Source of the DNA: Mizuhopecten yessoensis
Taxonomy: Eukaryota
Assembly: GCF_002113885.1 (NCBI RefSeq)
Contig: NW_018408856.1
Location: 506,247-570,245, forward strand
Direction of reading: 5' to 3'
DNA: 63,999 bases
The notes beneath the pieces were generated by a model that worked only from the letters and a program-made list of their open reading frames with translations, made no database searches and had not been told where the DNA came from. Shown here piece by piece: positions 25,061 to 37,200 of the stretch; within the stretch, counting starts at the first letter, position 1, and every line of letters starts with the position of its first letter. The translations under genes and the position numbers were made by a program.

Positions 25061-26628
25061 CTTAACAATCTGAGAAAATCAGAATGACTTCAGACCTTTC
25101 CGATGTTTTCAAAATAACAGCCATAATAGACAGGTACCAGGTAAATCATTGCTAAAGGATGGAAAGCTCGTCATAGACGAGAACAGTGCAGCTTATATTT
25201 GGGAATGGGGCATTTATAGAGTCCCATATGGTATCAGTATTGAACTTTGGTAATATTGAAATTTTGTATATATATACAATTCCATTACATACTTTTTGAA
25301 CTATGTATAGTAATATAAATAATTTAATATAAACACATCATTGGGTGATACATATCATAATAACAATTATTTAACTGCCGGTCAATTATTGTTGTGATTA
25401 TGGGCGATTCTACTTGAGTAACAAATAAGCTCATTGGTCGATAGACTGGTCTCATAGCTGTGATACGCTACTGGGTAGTTATTGTTACAATTCAGACTAA
25501 TTAACGATTTTAACGTTAAAAGATTCTGTAGAAACGGCTGACACTTAGGAATAGTTCTCTTGTAGCAATGTTAACATGGAAAGGTCATTAGATGATCTTC
25601 AATGAAAAGAACCGAGTACCTTATTAAGACCAGAAGTAATTTCAGGAGCCATAAATCGTTGCTAAATTGACTTTAACTGAGGTTTATTCTGCAAAAGGGA
25701 TATACAGTATCCTGCCCATTTAAACATTGTGATTCCGCAACCTGGGAAGATGTCGCGAAACCAAACATTATATCTACATATATACACCACATACTGGTAT
25801 ACAGAGGATATTTGATGGTTTCTCATTGAATACCAAATAGATTTCACGAATAAGGCAGAATACCAATATCTTTTCCATGAGTGTGAAGCTGATTTTCCTC
25901 AATACATGTTCCATTTCCAAACAGTCAACACTGACCAGCAATAATGAAGATATTTTTATATTGCATATTAAAAACATGTTATGGTGTTTGGGAATATCGT
26001 GTAAGAAATATATATCTTACAATGTTAGTGTCTATTTTGTTGACTCTTTGAAAATAAGAATGATGACATAATTACAAGAATGGTGATGGGGCTTGATTTA
26101 ATAGAGAGCTTCGAAGGACGAAGTAAAATGGCCAACACAAAGTATATACCAACAGCTCCCCCCCCCCCCCCCCCCCCCCCCCTCCTAGAATAGAGATTTC
26201 AATATATGGGGTACATGTCTTGATAGGAAATTGCATAATTTCCCTAATTCATATACAATATTTATCCGGAAATAAGCCCATGGATACCAACTGCAGTTAA
26301 GCTAAAATGCCAACTATGTTATTTTTATTGTCTTGTAATATTATAAACCCACCTTATCACTTTGAGTCAGAATTAATGTATTGGTCCTCTGAGCATATTA
26401 CAGGATACATATGGTATTTTCTTTCTTCCCCCCCCCCCCCCCCCCCCCAAACAAAAGTTGCAGATTGCGATTAGTAAATTAGTGAGACTGGTAAGGTAAA
26501 TTCAGTGAAATGTAGGCAGCCCTATACAAGAAGTGTGATATCGTCTTCGCAATAAAAATATGTGAAAATATGTTTAATTGATAAAGTAAATATGCTAAAA
26601 GACAATTTCATTCCTCTTAATAGTAGCC

Positions 26629-26988
26629 ATCCTCAAAATTCCAGGTGTTTCGCTCTCTTACATTCTCTGCATCTCTGGAATATGTCATAACGAAATCAAA
26701 GGCTCGGTGTGTGCCAGTTTGTGGATGATTGAAGAAGAGTATTTTGATTCCTTGATGTCCATCAAAAGAACCACGAAGCAGCCTAACGGTAAAATCCACC
26801 AGCAATGAAGCCGGGTGTCGCCTCTTGGTAATCTTCAAAGGACAGGTATAATCCAAGCAATTGGTCTGTTTTTTTAAAAACTGGAACCAATCAAATACCT
26901 TTCGTAGTGTCTTTGATGTTGTCATGACAAATTCCAGAGGTGCAGAGAATGTAAGCGAGTGTAACGCCCGGAATTACGAAAATGGATC
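26629..26988. mobile_element. CATCC-TIR MITE family copy (degenerate)
   Basis: Shares GGAATATGTCATA, TAATCTTCAAAGGACA and the inverted termini with 5135-5441. Confidence 0.65.
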
Positions 26989-27896
26989 ATAGTACAATGC
27001 ACTGGGTACCTCTAGATTCAGTCTTACTCTTCAAGAAAGATTAAAACACATCTCCATAGAACTTACATAGCCATAATTTGCTGATTATTTCTTTACACAT
27101 GTATTTAATACTGGCAATGCCTGTGCCTAATCCAATTGTGTTTTTTTGAATACAATAAAATTGATTTGAAATGAAATTTAATACTGACGTAAGAACCAGA
27201 AAAAAATTGTACTATTACTAAGAAAATAAAAAAACAGGAGAACCATAATTCAAGGTCAGGTCATGAAAGGTTTTTGAGTAAACCAAAACGCCATTAATCT
27301 TCCCTCATCTTACAGAATAAAAGTTTTTAAGGATTTTGTTTTATCTACGAATAATCATCTAAAATTACATATCTCCAGGAATTTTTATCAAAGTTTTTTT
27401 CTGGATTATCGGAATCTGGATTACAGAGTTTTCAATGTACACATGTACTGGTACTGGTATTTGTGGGGAATGAAATGTATTATTAACTTTGTGACCTATT
27501 AACAATTTAACAACAAAGCCCACAGTCATCTCCATACAACATGTTTGAGATGACGGCTTTCTGATATATATATATATATACTTACATAAATAATGATATA
27601 ATACAACAATGCTCTAAATGTCATTGGCATATTTCTCTATGTAACTTAAATTACAAGACAAATTTCAAACATAAATCAGTTAAAACAACTGTTCACATGA
27701 CACCAGCATAATCTGTCGCTGGAGAATCGTTCTACGTCGCCTTGTCATGACGTCATTTACGATGGCGTGACACGTATGAGTCTCTTCTTCACGTCGCTTT
27801 TTTCTATGGGGTTGTAAGCACCTCTCCGAGACACTATTTTCTATCGAGTTATAGCTGAATAAGATCCCTAGAATTTTTTATTGTGCGCAAATCAGC

Positions 27897-28150
27897 TTCC
27901 CACAATGCTGTTTCCTATACTGATGTTGGTGAATTGACTACCCACAATGCTGTTTCCTGTGGCGATGTGGGCGAATCGACTACCCACAATGCTGTTCCCT
28001 GTGGCAGGGGGGGGAATCGACTACCCACAATGCTGTTTCCTGTGGCGATGTGGGCGAATCGACTACCCACAATGCTGTTTCCTGTGGCGATGTGGGCGAA
28101 TTGACTCCTCACTATGTTGTTTCTTGTGGAGATGCGAATCGACTCCCCAC
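27897..28150. repeat. 42-bp minisatellite (~6 copies) just after the MKK3/6 stop codon
   Basis: Unit CCCACAATGCTGTTTCCTGTGGCGATGTGGGCGAATCGACTA. Confidence 0.9.
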
Positions 28151-28243
28151 GTTGTCATGTTTACGCGACGTTGTCCGCAAGAGTTTGTGCAGGTGTCACT
28201 GGAACCTCATAATACAACAATACAAGCTAACAGTTCCCTGTCA

Positions 28244-31200
28244 TTAGCTGGTTTCATTTGGGTCACCAAATTTCTCAAACACTCCCTGTACATAAGTTGC
28301 CAAGGTAGCCGAGTCCATAATTCTCTCCTCTGCCACAAACGGATGCGTCAGGAGCTCTGCATAGTTGGAGCGATACTTAACATCCTTCAGCAAACTGTCA
28401 ACAAATAAAAAATAAAAATATTACCATCCTTCAGCAAACTGTCAACAAATCAATACTTTTTTTAGAAAAAAGGTAAAATCTGTTAAGTGTCAACATCACC
28501 TTTTCTATATTTTTTTTTTGAGTATTTGCCAAATACATTTGTACAAATCAAAAGATAAATATATCTTAACATAGTTTTGATTAAGTAGATGCAACAAAAG
28601 AAAATGAATTGTAAAGTGTTTTGACTTAAGGATATATGTAACCTTATTTTGTGATATTTTGCTCCTTTCCAAAGAGTTCCATCTAAAAAAAACCCACCTA
28701 AATCATTTGGCATTGGTAATTTGAACTTTTGAATTATTTATGGGTAATATGGTGATATAAAGTAAGGGAAATAACTCTCGCTTAAATTGCAGTTTCAAAG
28801 GGAAAGATACTTGTAGCCTTAAATATAATTAAGTTTAAAGACTATTATCATAAAAGTGGATTTTTCACGCCTGGTAAAGTTTGCGTCGTCACCATTTAAA
28901 CAAATTGCAGTACAGGATTTTATTTTTTCTGGCCGTAGTTCTGAAATCTATACATCTGATTTATCTATAATCTGTACCATCTACAAAGAAATATTTGTGT
29001 GTGGATATTTTGGTACTAATTTACAAAAAACAAAAAAGGTGAACATTTCCACACCATGAAAATAGCCATTTTTACAGTATATTTTCAGGGGCAAACATCT
29101 ATTTATTCAATAGTTCACACCAATACAATCTGGAAACAGATACAAGGTACTTCCATTTTGTGCTTTGAGCTTAGGCCAAACAAATTTGATTATTTGGTTC
29201 TCAGGCCCGCATGATTATATTTAGGGCACTGCATTGCCGATTTTATCATGAAAGTAATAAAAAATAATTGGTCCACATGCCGTTTTTGCTCGTTAGTCAC
29301 CCAAGTCCCGAAAACGTTTGAATAAAGATAAGGATTGATATACAGGCAAGCGTTAAAATGATATGACTTATTAGTCTTGTGTACAAATGGCGCTCATTTC
29401 GGTACAAATAAGGAATGGGGGGTTCGTGATTCTCGTCTGAAACATCATGGGGGGATTTTCGGAGGCTTGCTCTATGACAGGTCTCTACACAACTATAAAA
29501 AGACAAGGTAATGCCCACAATGAACGTTTTACAAACTACACAATAAAAACACCCTCGTCTCGTTTTTGCAATGTAAAATGAAAAAAAAATAATACCGCCC
29601 TGCCGCATCTCTTTTGAAAACAAGAGGCCCAGGGGCCTTAATAGCTCACCTGGTATTTTATTTTTCAATTTAAAACCTGCTGAGTACCATTCAGGTTTAT
29701 CAAAGGAGTACAAGTAACAAAGTTGCATCTTCCATTTATAAATATTCAATTCCCTTTGCCCAAAGATTCTCTAAAACAAGTTTGGTTAGGTTAAAATCCC
29801 TTCAACGGTACAGAAGGAGAAGGATCTTTAATGTTTTCCTCTATTTCCCCTAATGGGCCCCACTAATCTGCCCCAAAGAAGGGGAATCCACACACCTCAG
29901 TTTAAACAAAATTGATTCTTTTCTCCCTAAGCATGCTTCAGACTGCATTTGGTTTAAATCCCTTCACTTGTATAGTAGGAGAAAAAAAATCCTCTATTTC
30001 CCCTATTGGGCCCCGCTCCTATGCCGCCAGAAGGCCCACACCCTCCGTTTATACAAACTTGAGTCTCCTTTGTCCAAAGATGCTCTAGGACAAATTTGGT
30101 CAAAATCCTTCAATTGGTTGAGGAGAAGATTTTTAAAGATTTACCTATTTTCCCCTATTTGGCCCCGTCCCTCTGCCCCCAGGGGGACCATACCCTCCGT
30201 TCATACAAAACTGAGAACCCTTTGGCCAATGATGCTCCAGACCAAATTTGGTCAAAATCCCTTCATCGGTACAAAAGGAGAAGGATATTTGATGTTTTCC
30301 TCTATTTCCCCTAATGGGCCCCACCCATCTGCCCTTAGAAGGAGGCCCACACACCTCAGTTTATACAAAATTGATTCTTTTGTCCCTAATCATGCTTCAG
30401 ACTGCATTTGGTTAAAATCCCTTCACTTGTATAGCAGGAGAAAAAAAATCCTCTATTTCCCCTATTGGGCCCCGCCCCTCCGCCCCCAGAGGGGCCACAC
30501 CCTCCGTTTATACAAACTTGAGTCTTCTTTGTCCAAAGATGCTCTAGGACAAATTTGGTCAAAATCCTTCAATTGGTTGAGAAGAAGAACATTTTTAAAG
30601 ATTTACCTTTTTTCCCCTTATTTAGCCCCGCCCCTCTGCCCCGAGGGGGGGCTATACCGTCCGTTTATACAAAACTGAGAACCCTTTGGCCAATGATGCT
30701 CCTGACCAAGCTTCAGACTGCATTTGGTTTAAATCCCTTCACTTGTATAGTAGGAGAGAAAAAATCCTCTACTTCCCCTATTTGGCCCCGCCCCTCTGCC
30801 CCCAAAGAGGCCACACCCTCCGTTTATACAAACTTGAGTCTCCTTTGTCCAAAGATGCTCTAGGACAAATTTGGTCAAAATCCTTCTATTGGTTGAGAAG
30901 AAGAAGATTTTTAAAGATTTACCTATTTTCCCCCTATTTGGCCCCGCCCCTCTGCCCCCAGGGGGGGTTATACCCTCCGTTTATACAAAACTGAGAACCC
31001 TTTGGCCAATGATGCTCCTGACCAAATTTGGTCAAAATCCTCTGAGCCATTCAGGACAAGTAGCATTTTAAAGGAAAAAGTTGCCGGACGCCGGACGCTG
31101 GACGCTGGACGCTGGACGACGGATGCTGCACCATGGGATAAGCTCACTTGGCCCTTCGGGTCAGGTGAGCTAAAAATTGGCCTGAGAACCAAGTCATTCA

Positions 31201-34200
31201 TTTTATTTTGCCTTATGAGATTGGGGCAGCATATTATTGTAAATGTTCTGCCTTACCATTTTTTGACAAAATCATCAAACTCTGGCGAGAACTCATCAGG
31301 GGGCAGATTTGGTGGAGGATCCTGTACAACCTGCTTCAGCTGTTCAAATGGTGTCTTCCACGAGGGGTAAGGGAACTTTCCTGTCGCTAACTCAATCTGT
31401 AACAAAATACATTGATATCTAAACAAATGCCATCTTCCATGATATTCAGGGGAAAATTTCCTGTTGTTAACTTAATCTGTAACAAATTAACTGATACCTA
31501 AACGAACAACATCTTCCATGAGATTCGGTAAAAATTTCATTTTGCTAAAATAAATCTGTAAAAAAACCATATTCCTATCTAGAGAAACAGCATCTTTCAT
31601 GTGATTTGGGAATTTTTTTCTGTTCCTAAATCAATCTCTAACAAAATAAAGATAACTAGACAAATTGCATCAATCAAGTACCGGCAAGTTGGGGTTTTCT
31701 TCCCAAAGCTAAGCAAATCTGTACATATTCTCCCATAAGGAATACAGGGAAATTTCCAGTTGTTTCACTTCCCACAATCTGTGACAAAGCCATTTCCATA
31801 TATCTTATTTTAACAAGTGGTCTCTTAAGAGAGTTTGGTCTCTTGAGCATTACTTACCAGTGTTATACCCAGACTCCATACGTCTGATTTGATATCGTAA
31901 GCCCTCTGACCCTCTCCTGGGTTGATGCGCTCGGGCTGTAAACAAGAAAAGAAGTTTATGTGTATATGTAAACAAGAATGCATTGGTAAGTGTGCTTATG
32001 GTCTGTGCATTGTAACGCTGAAACGGGTAAACTTTTAGTTTGTTACATTTGAAGAGATATAGAGTAGATACTTAACACTTTCAATCACATAACTGACCAT
32101 TTTTTTATAACTAATTTGGATTACTGCAGATTGCAAGTTGTGTCCTTGAGCAAAATATTTTACCCTTATTGCTCAACCAGCCTGTAATGGAGTTCAATAT
32201 CATCTGGGTTGGGCACTACAGTATCTGTGCTGTAGAGTTCAAATGGTATGGCACTGTAAAAGAGCTGGTTGAAAAGCAGAACCACAACAAGAAGAATACC
32301 AATACAGTCTGCAGTAGACATATAATATAAGCCCACTCACATATCGTGTGGTCAAACAGTACAATGAGCCTAAGCAAGGCATTCCCTACTCTCTCTTCAT
32401 TGTATTGAATGCGTATTTCTCTTACCCTGTACAAGGGTACCTACACTTTACTGGGCGAGATATCCTTGTCTCACCCTTAGAGTTGAGATGGGTGGGTGGG
32501 GGGGGGGGGGCCCNATCATGACGTCACGTCAACCCTGAATTTAGCATGTAACGTTATCATTACATTGTGTATATGATACACAATGGGAGAACAGGGTAAG
32601 AGAAAAAGAATTATTCACCCCCTTTTGGGTGAGATAGGGGAATCTCAAACTCCGGGAAAGATTCTTAAGTTGCCAAACACTTGGCAAAGCCTCATATTTG
32701 ACAACTTAAGAATCTTCCCCCTCAGGTTGAGATTCCCCTATCACCTCCCCCAAGGAGGTGAGGGATTCTATTATTCTCTTACCCTGTACCAGGGTACCTA
32801 CATTTTCACTGGGTGAGATATCCTTGTCTCACCCTTTGGGTTGAAATGAAGAGATTTTTATGTCTTAACAACTGTACAACATCATGTCAACAATGTATTG
32901 ACCCTGATAAGTAACTGTTGTTTCTATTTATGACAGGATAAACAGGGTAAGAGATAAGGAATCATTCAACATTTAGGGGGCAAGATGCGGGATCTCAACC
33001 CTAAATCACTCCTAAAGTCACCAAGCACTCAGCAAAAGCCTTTTGTCTTGCAACTTCAGGATCTTTCTTCTCAGACTGAGATCCTTCTAAATCAACCCCA
33101 AGGTGGTGAAAGATTCTATAAGTCGAAATTCTTGGATAGAATCCGCCTTAGAGTAATATTCTTAAAAGCAGATATGGCACTACATAAATGTTGTGTTAAC
33201 AAATCAAATACATTTCAAATGTTCTATTTCAAAAAAGGAAACAAAAGTTTTCACTTACAGCCATATAGGGCTTGCATCCAGCATCCATTGTTTTGGCAAC
33301 TGAATCGACAAGGTATCCACTGATCCCAAAATCACAGATTTTCACCTGGCCTTGCTTGTTAATAAGGATATTTGATGGTTTAACGTCACGGTGTATCACA
33401 CCCAGTTCTTTCTTCAGGTAATCTAATGCTTTCACAACCTGCCACACGATAAATAAACAATGTATTATGTTCATAAAGTCAAACCTGCCCAAGCAACCAC
33501 CTCAATCAAGAGACTACCTGTGTTGAGAGGCCACTTTCAATGATCTCTATTGCAGTGATTTCATTGTGATTTAAACCTGTATTATCAGATCATCTGCATT
33601 AAGAGACAACTTTTTAGGTGGTCTCTTGATTCAGGTTTGACTATGTTTTGTATTTTTACACCACCGAAAAATTATATAACTTAATAAAGGTTGTTTGCGT
33701 AATTTCTATGTTGGTACAACAAGCATTTTTTTTTAAAAACTGGATCCAAAGCATAAAACAATAGCTATCATATAAGAACAAAAGACATCTTTCAAATTCT
33801 TGGGTGTCCATTTTTTTTTTTTGTCTCCAGCTTCAGATATTAACTTACGGTAGTGTCAGGGTGAAAAATGATCCCTACAATTTCACACAATTTCAAACTT
33901 AATAGATACTGGAGCCATATCCGATTTAACAAAAGTCTCTAACAGTTATTTACAGCAAATGTTCTTTCTGACATAAGAATTTCCTTAAAGCAATGAAAAA
34001 CGAACCGATTTCATAACCGTTTTTTTTTTTTTAACCCATTTTCAAAATTGACTTTGTCTGCCAATAGAACACATTGAGGTTTATCAAAACCTAATAATCA
34101 CCTCATTAAAAGTTAATAGCAGTGGAAATAGATAATGTATAAACACTTACTGAAAAGGCAATGACACGCACCACGTCCTCAGGTATTCGGTCACCTTTCT

Positions 34201-37200
34201 CACAAATTTTCTTGTAGAATTTATCTAACGATGCATCCATTACCTCCATACATATCCATACATCCCCCTGGAACAAGTCAAATCAATCATGTAACTAATA
34301 CATCTCATAATTTTTTTCTTAAGGAAAGGTTTTGCTTATTTTTGTTTGGTTTTTACTTCTTCACAACACCTAGAGTCATATAAAGACGGATGTCTATAGG
34401 GAGACATCCTAAAAAGACAGAAGATGGAAAAGACCGAGAAGATGGAAAAGATGGGAAAAGACAAGGAAGGGTTAACTGCCTAAATGTATCTTCTACTGTT
34501 TCTTCACTTAACCTTTTCATCACTGTAGACCATTATAGACTCATCCAGATCAATGCATCGTTGAGTCTATTAAAGTTATTCAGGGGTGAATGGGTTAGTT
34601 TCATTTTACACATACAGTAATTTGATTTGAAGATTTAGACATGAAAAGCAATATTGCTTAGAGACACACTATATTAATATAAATCTCTGGCAAAAGATCT
34701 GGTGCAGTTTATAATTAGGTTCTAGATTTTGAACCTTCGCCTATCAGCCAGGAAGGGGAGACAATTCAGGTGAAATTCACCAACTGAAGAATATCTAAAG
34801 ATGTAACCAAATATACAGGTACATGTAATTGAAATTATTGGTTCTATTTACTAATAAGAATTATTTATGGATAAGAACAAACAGTTACATAGGAAAGAAA
34901 CCAACAACATTTCATGATAACCTATTCAAAAAGGTATGCATTTCTTCCATCCACAAAAATTGAACACTACAAAATATTACATACGCTACTTACAGGTTAA
35001 AAGTAAGATGAAAGGAAAATAATCATATTTTACTAATCAGAAATAAAGAATCTAAAAGTAATTTGAAAAAAAATATGCAAATTTTGTTTGCAGCTCCTTC
35101 ACTTTGAAACAAATATTATATTGCTGTTATATTTCTATGAGTGGTGCCACAAAAATTTATTACACACTATAAAACGTAAAACAACACATAATATGGGCCA
35201 ACCAATATGTCGAGATATATAAATGATTTCTTAAAGAGTTGCATGAAAATATTGGTCAGTTTCCCGTTAAATAAGAAGCAAATTTTCAGTTTGATAAAAA
35301 ATTCTTCCGAAGCTAACTTTGGTAAAGTAGCTACCATGAAAAAGTTTATCTGGTCAGTTATCTCCCTTTACCTACCTCACGGAACAAAGCACCATAGAAG
35401 GTGACTGTGTAAGGGCAGGATCCACTCCGCATGGAGATATCCAGGTCCATTAATAAACGCTTCTGTTCCTGGCTGTTCACTGTTACTGTGATTCTCTGTA
35501 AATCATCAAAATTGCCTTAGTGTACTTGTCCTCAAATGAGCCCAAGGGGGCTAACACATCATATCTGCCCCAAAATAGGGGGCCCAAATAAGCCCAGGGG
35601 GGCTAACACATCCTATCTGTCCCAAAGTAGGGGACCCGAATAAGCCCAGGGGGGGCTAACACATCCAATCTGCTCCAAAGCAGGGGGCCCAAATAAGCCC
35701 AGGGGGGCTAACACATCATATCTACCCCAAAGTAGGGGGCCCAAATAAGCCCAGTGGGGCGCTAACACATCCTATATGCCCCAAAGTAGGGGGTTTGGTT
35801 AATTACAGGACGATGAAATAGCACTTGTTTGCATTTCAGCTCAATTGTAATAGATATGGGTGGGCTTATTAACAGGCATGGGCTTATTGCCCGATAAATA
35901 CAGTATAAATATGCATGTTTTAGTGACGGTACATTACCTCATTCACTCCTGAAATTTCATAATGAACTATTCAAACTTTGAATTGGAAGAGTTGAAATGT
36001 GTCTTCAGGGGTGAATGAGTCAATAAATCTGTGACAATTTTACCAATCCATATTTTTGAAAGCAGGCGTTAAGACTTCCTCAAACTTACTCACTAAATCT
36101 GGTCAAAACAATACCTAAGATTCCCCTTCTAACACAGGATATTATTCTTATATTTTGTATAATGTAATACATACTGCGAAATCACTAATTCGTTGGTTTT
36201 TTAATTTTGTTGATTTTATGGGTACTCTCCATCCACAAATTCATAGGTGCACATGTACAAGGTATTTACAAGTTTGACACAAAGTTATTCTCTATATGAG
36301 CGAGTACTCGTAGTTCACGCGTTCATGTACACATGCAATGGTGTCTTATCCTTTAGGTCCCAAAAAAATCTGATTTCACAGTAGCATTTATATTATTAAA
36401 AGACAAAATAACTTTCCATAATACATCTCTATGAAATCATCCCACAAACTTTAATTACCATTACATTTTTTTGTATTATGCATGGGATGAAGTATTAAAT
36501 ATAGTAGCTTTCATTGGACTTACCTTAACTGCTAAAATTGTGTCACTTTTAACATGTTTCATTTCATCTACCACCCCATAAGCTCCGCGACCTAGATTCC
36601 TCTTGAGTATAAGGTCGCTGGCCTCAATCACGAATTCTTGATCCCGAATCTTGATGGTTGCCTTAGAGTCAAGGTCACGTGGGGGCCTACAAAAAAGAAA
36701 CCATTAAATACACCAAATAATCAATCAGGTCATGGTTTAGTTTGTTTTATTTAGTTTATTTAGCGCTGAAGCACCGTTAGGAAACTTTTTAACAATCTGC
36801 ACTGATGCGCACGCTGCACAGAGTACGCGAGAGAGGACGCTACATTATACAACGATAGGTAGTATATCGTCCTTTTAAAAGCAAAGATAATTTAAGGATG
36901 TGTGTAAAGTATATGTGTGTGATGGAAGCAGTAGGTCAAGAGTATTTGCCTCCGTTGTGAAAGTACAGGTCTGATGCCGACATAAAGAGTGCTTCCTCAC
37001 TGTTATACTGTGCTGAAGGCACCCAGCACAGCACACTACCCTGTCACATTACACTGACAATGCACTAACCCTAATGCTGTTTAGCAGGGAATAACACCTA
37101 CACTGTACCATTTGTAAGGACTTTGGTATGTCCTGTCAAACAGAATAAACAAGGGTTAAGTAGAGTAAGATCCTATATCCTCCCTCTATTTGTATAATGA

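Noticed and set aside
25600-26070. Coding-looking stretch with short ORFs
   Set aside because: Multiple stops in all frames, no recognisable motif and no convincing splice pair.
27883-28408. Plus-strand ORFs of 73-153 aa
   Set aside because: Minisatellite translation plus antisense of the MKK3/6 last exon.
29968-31370. 236-aa and overlapping ORFs
   Set aside because: Translations of HINE internal tandem repeats and the antisense strand of MKK3/6 exon 8.
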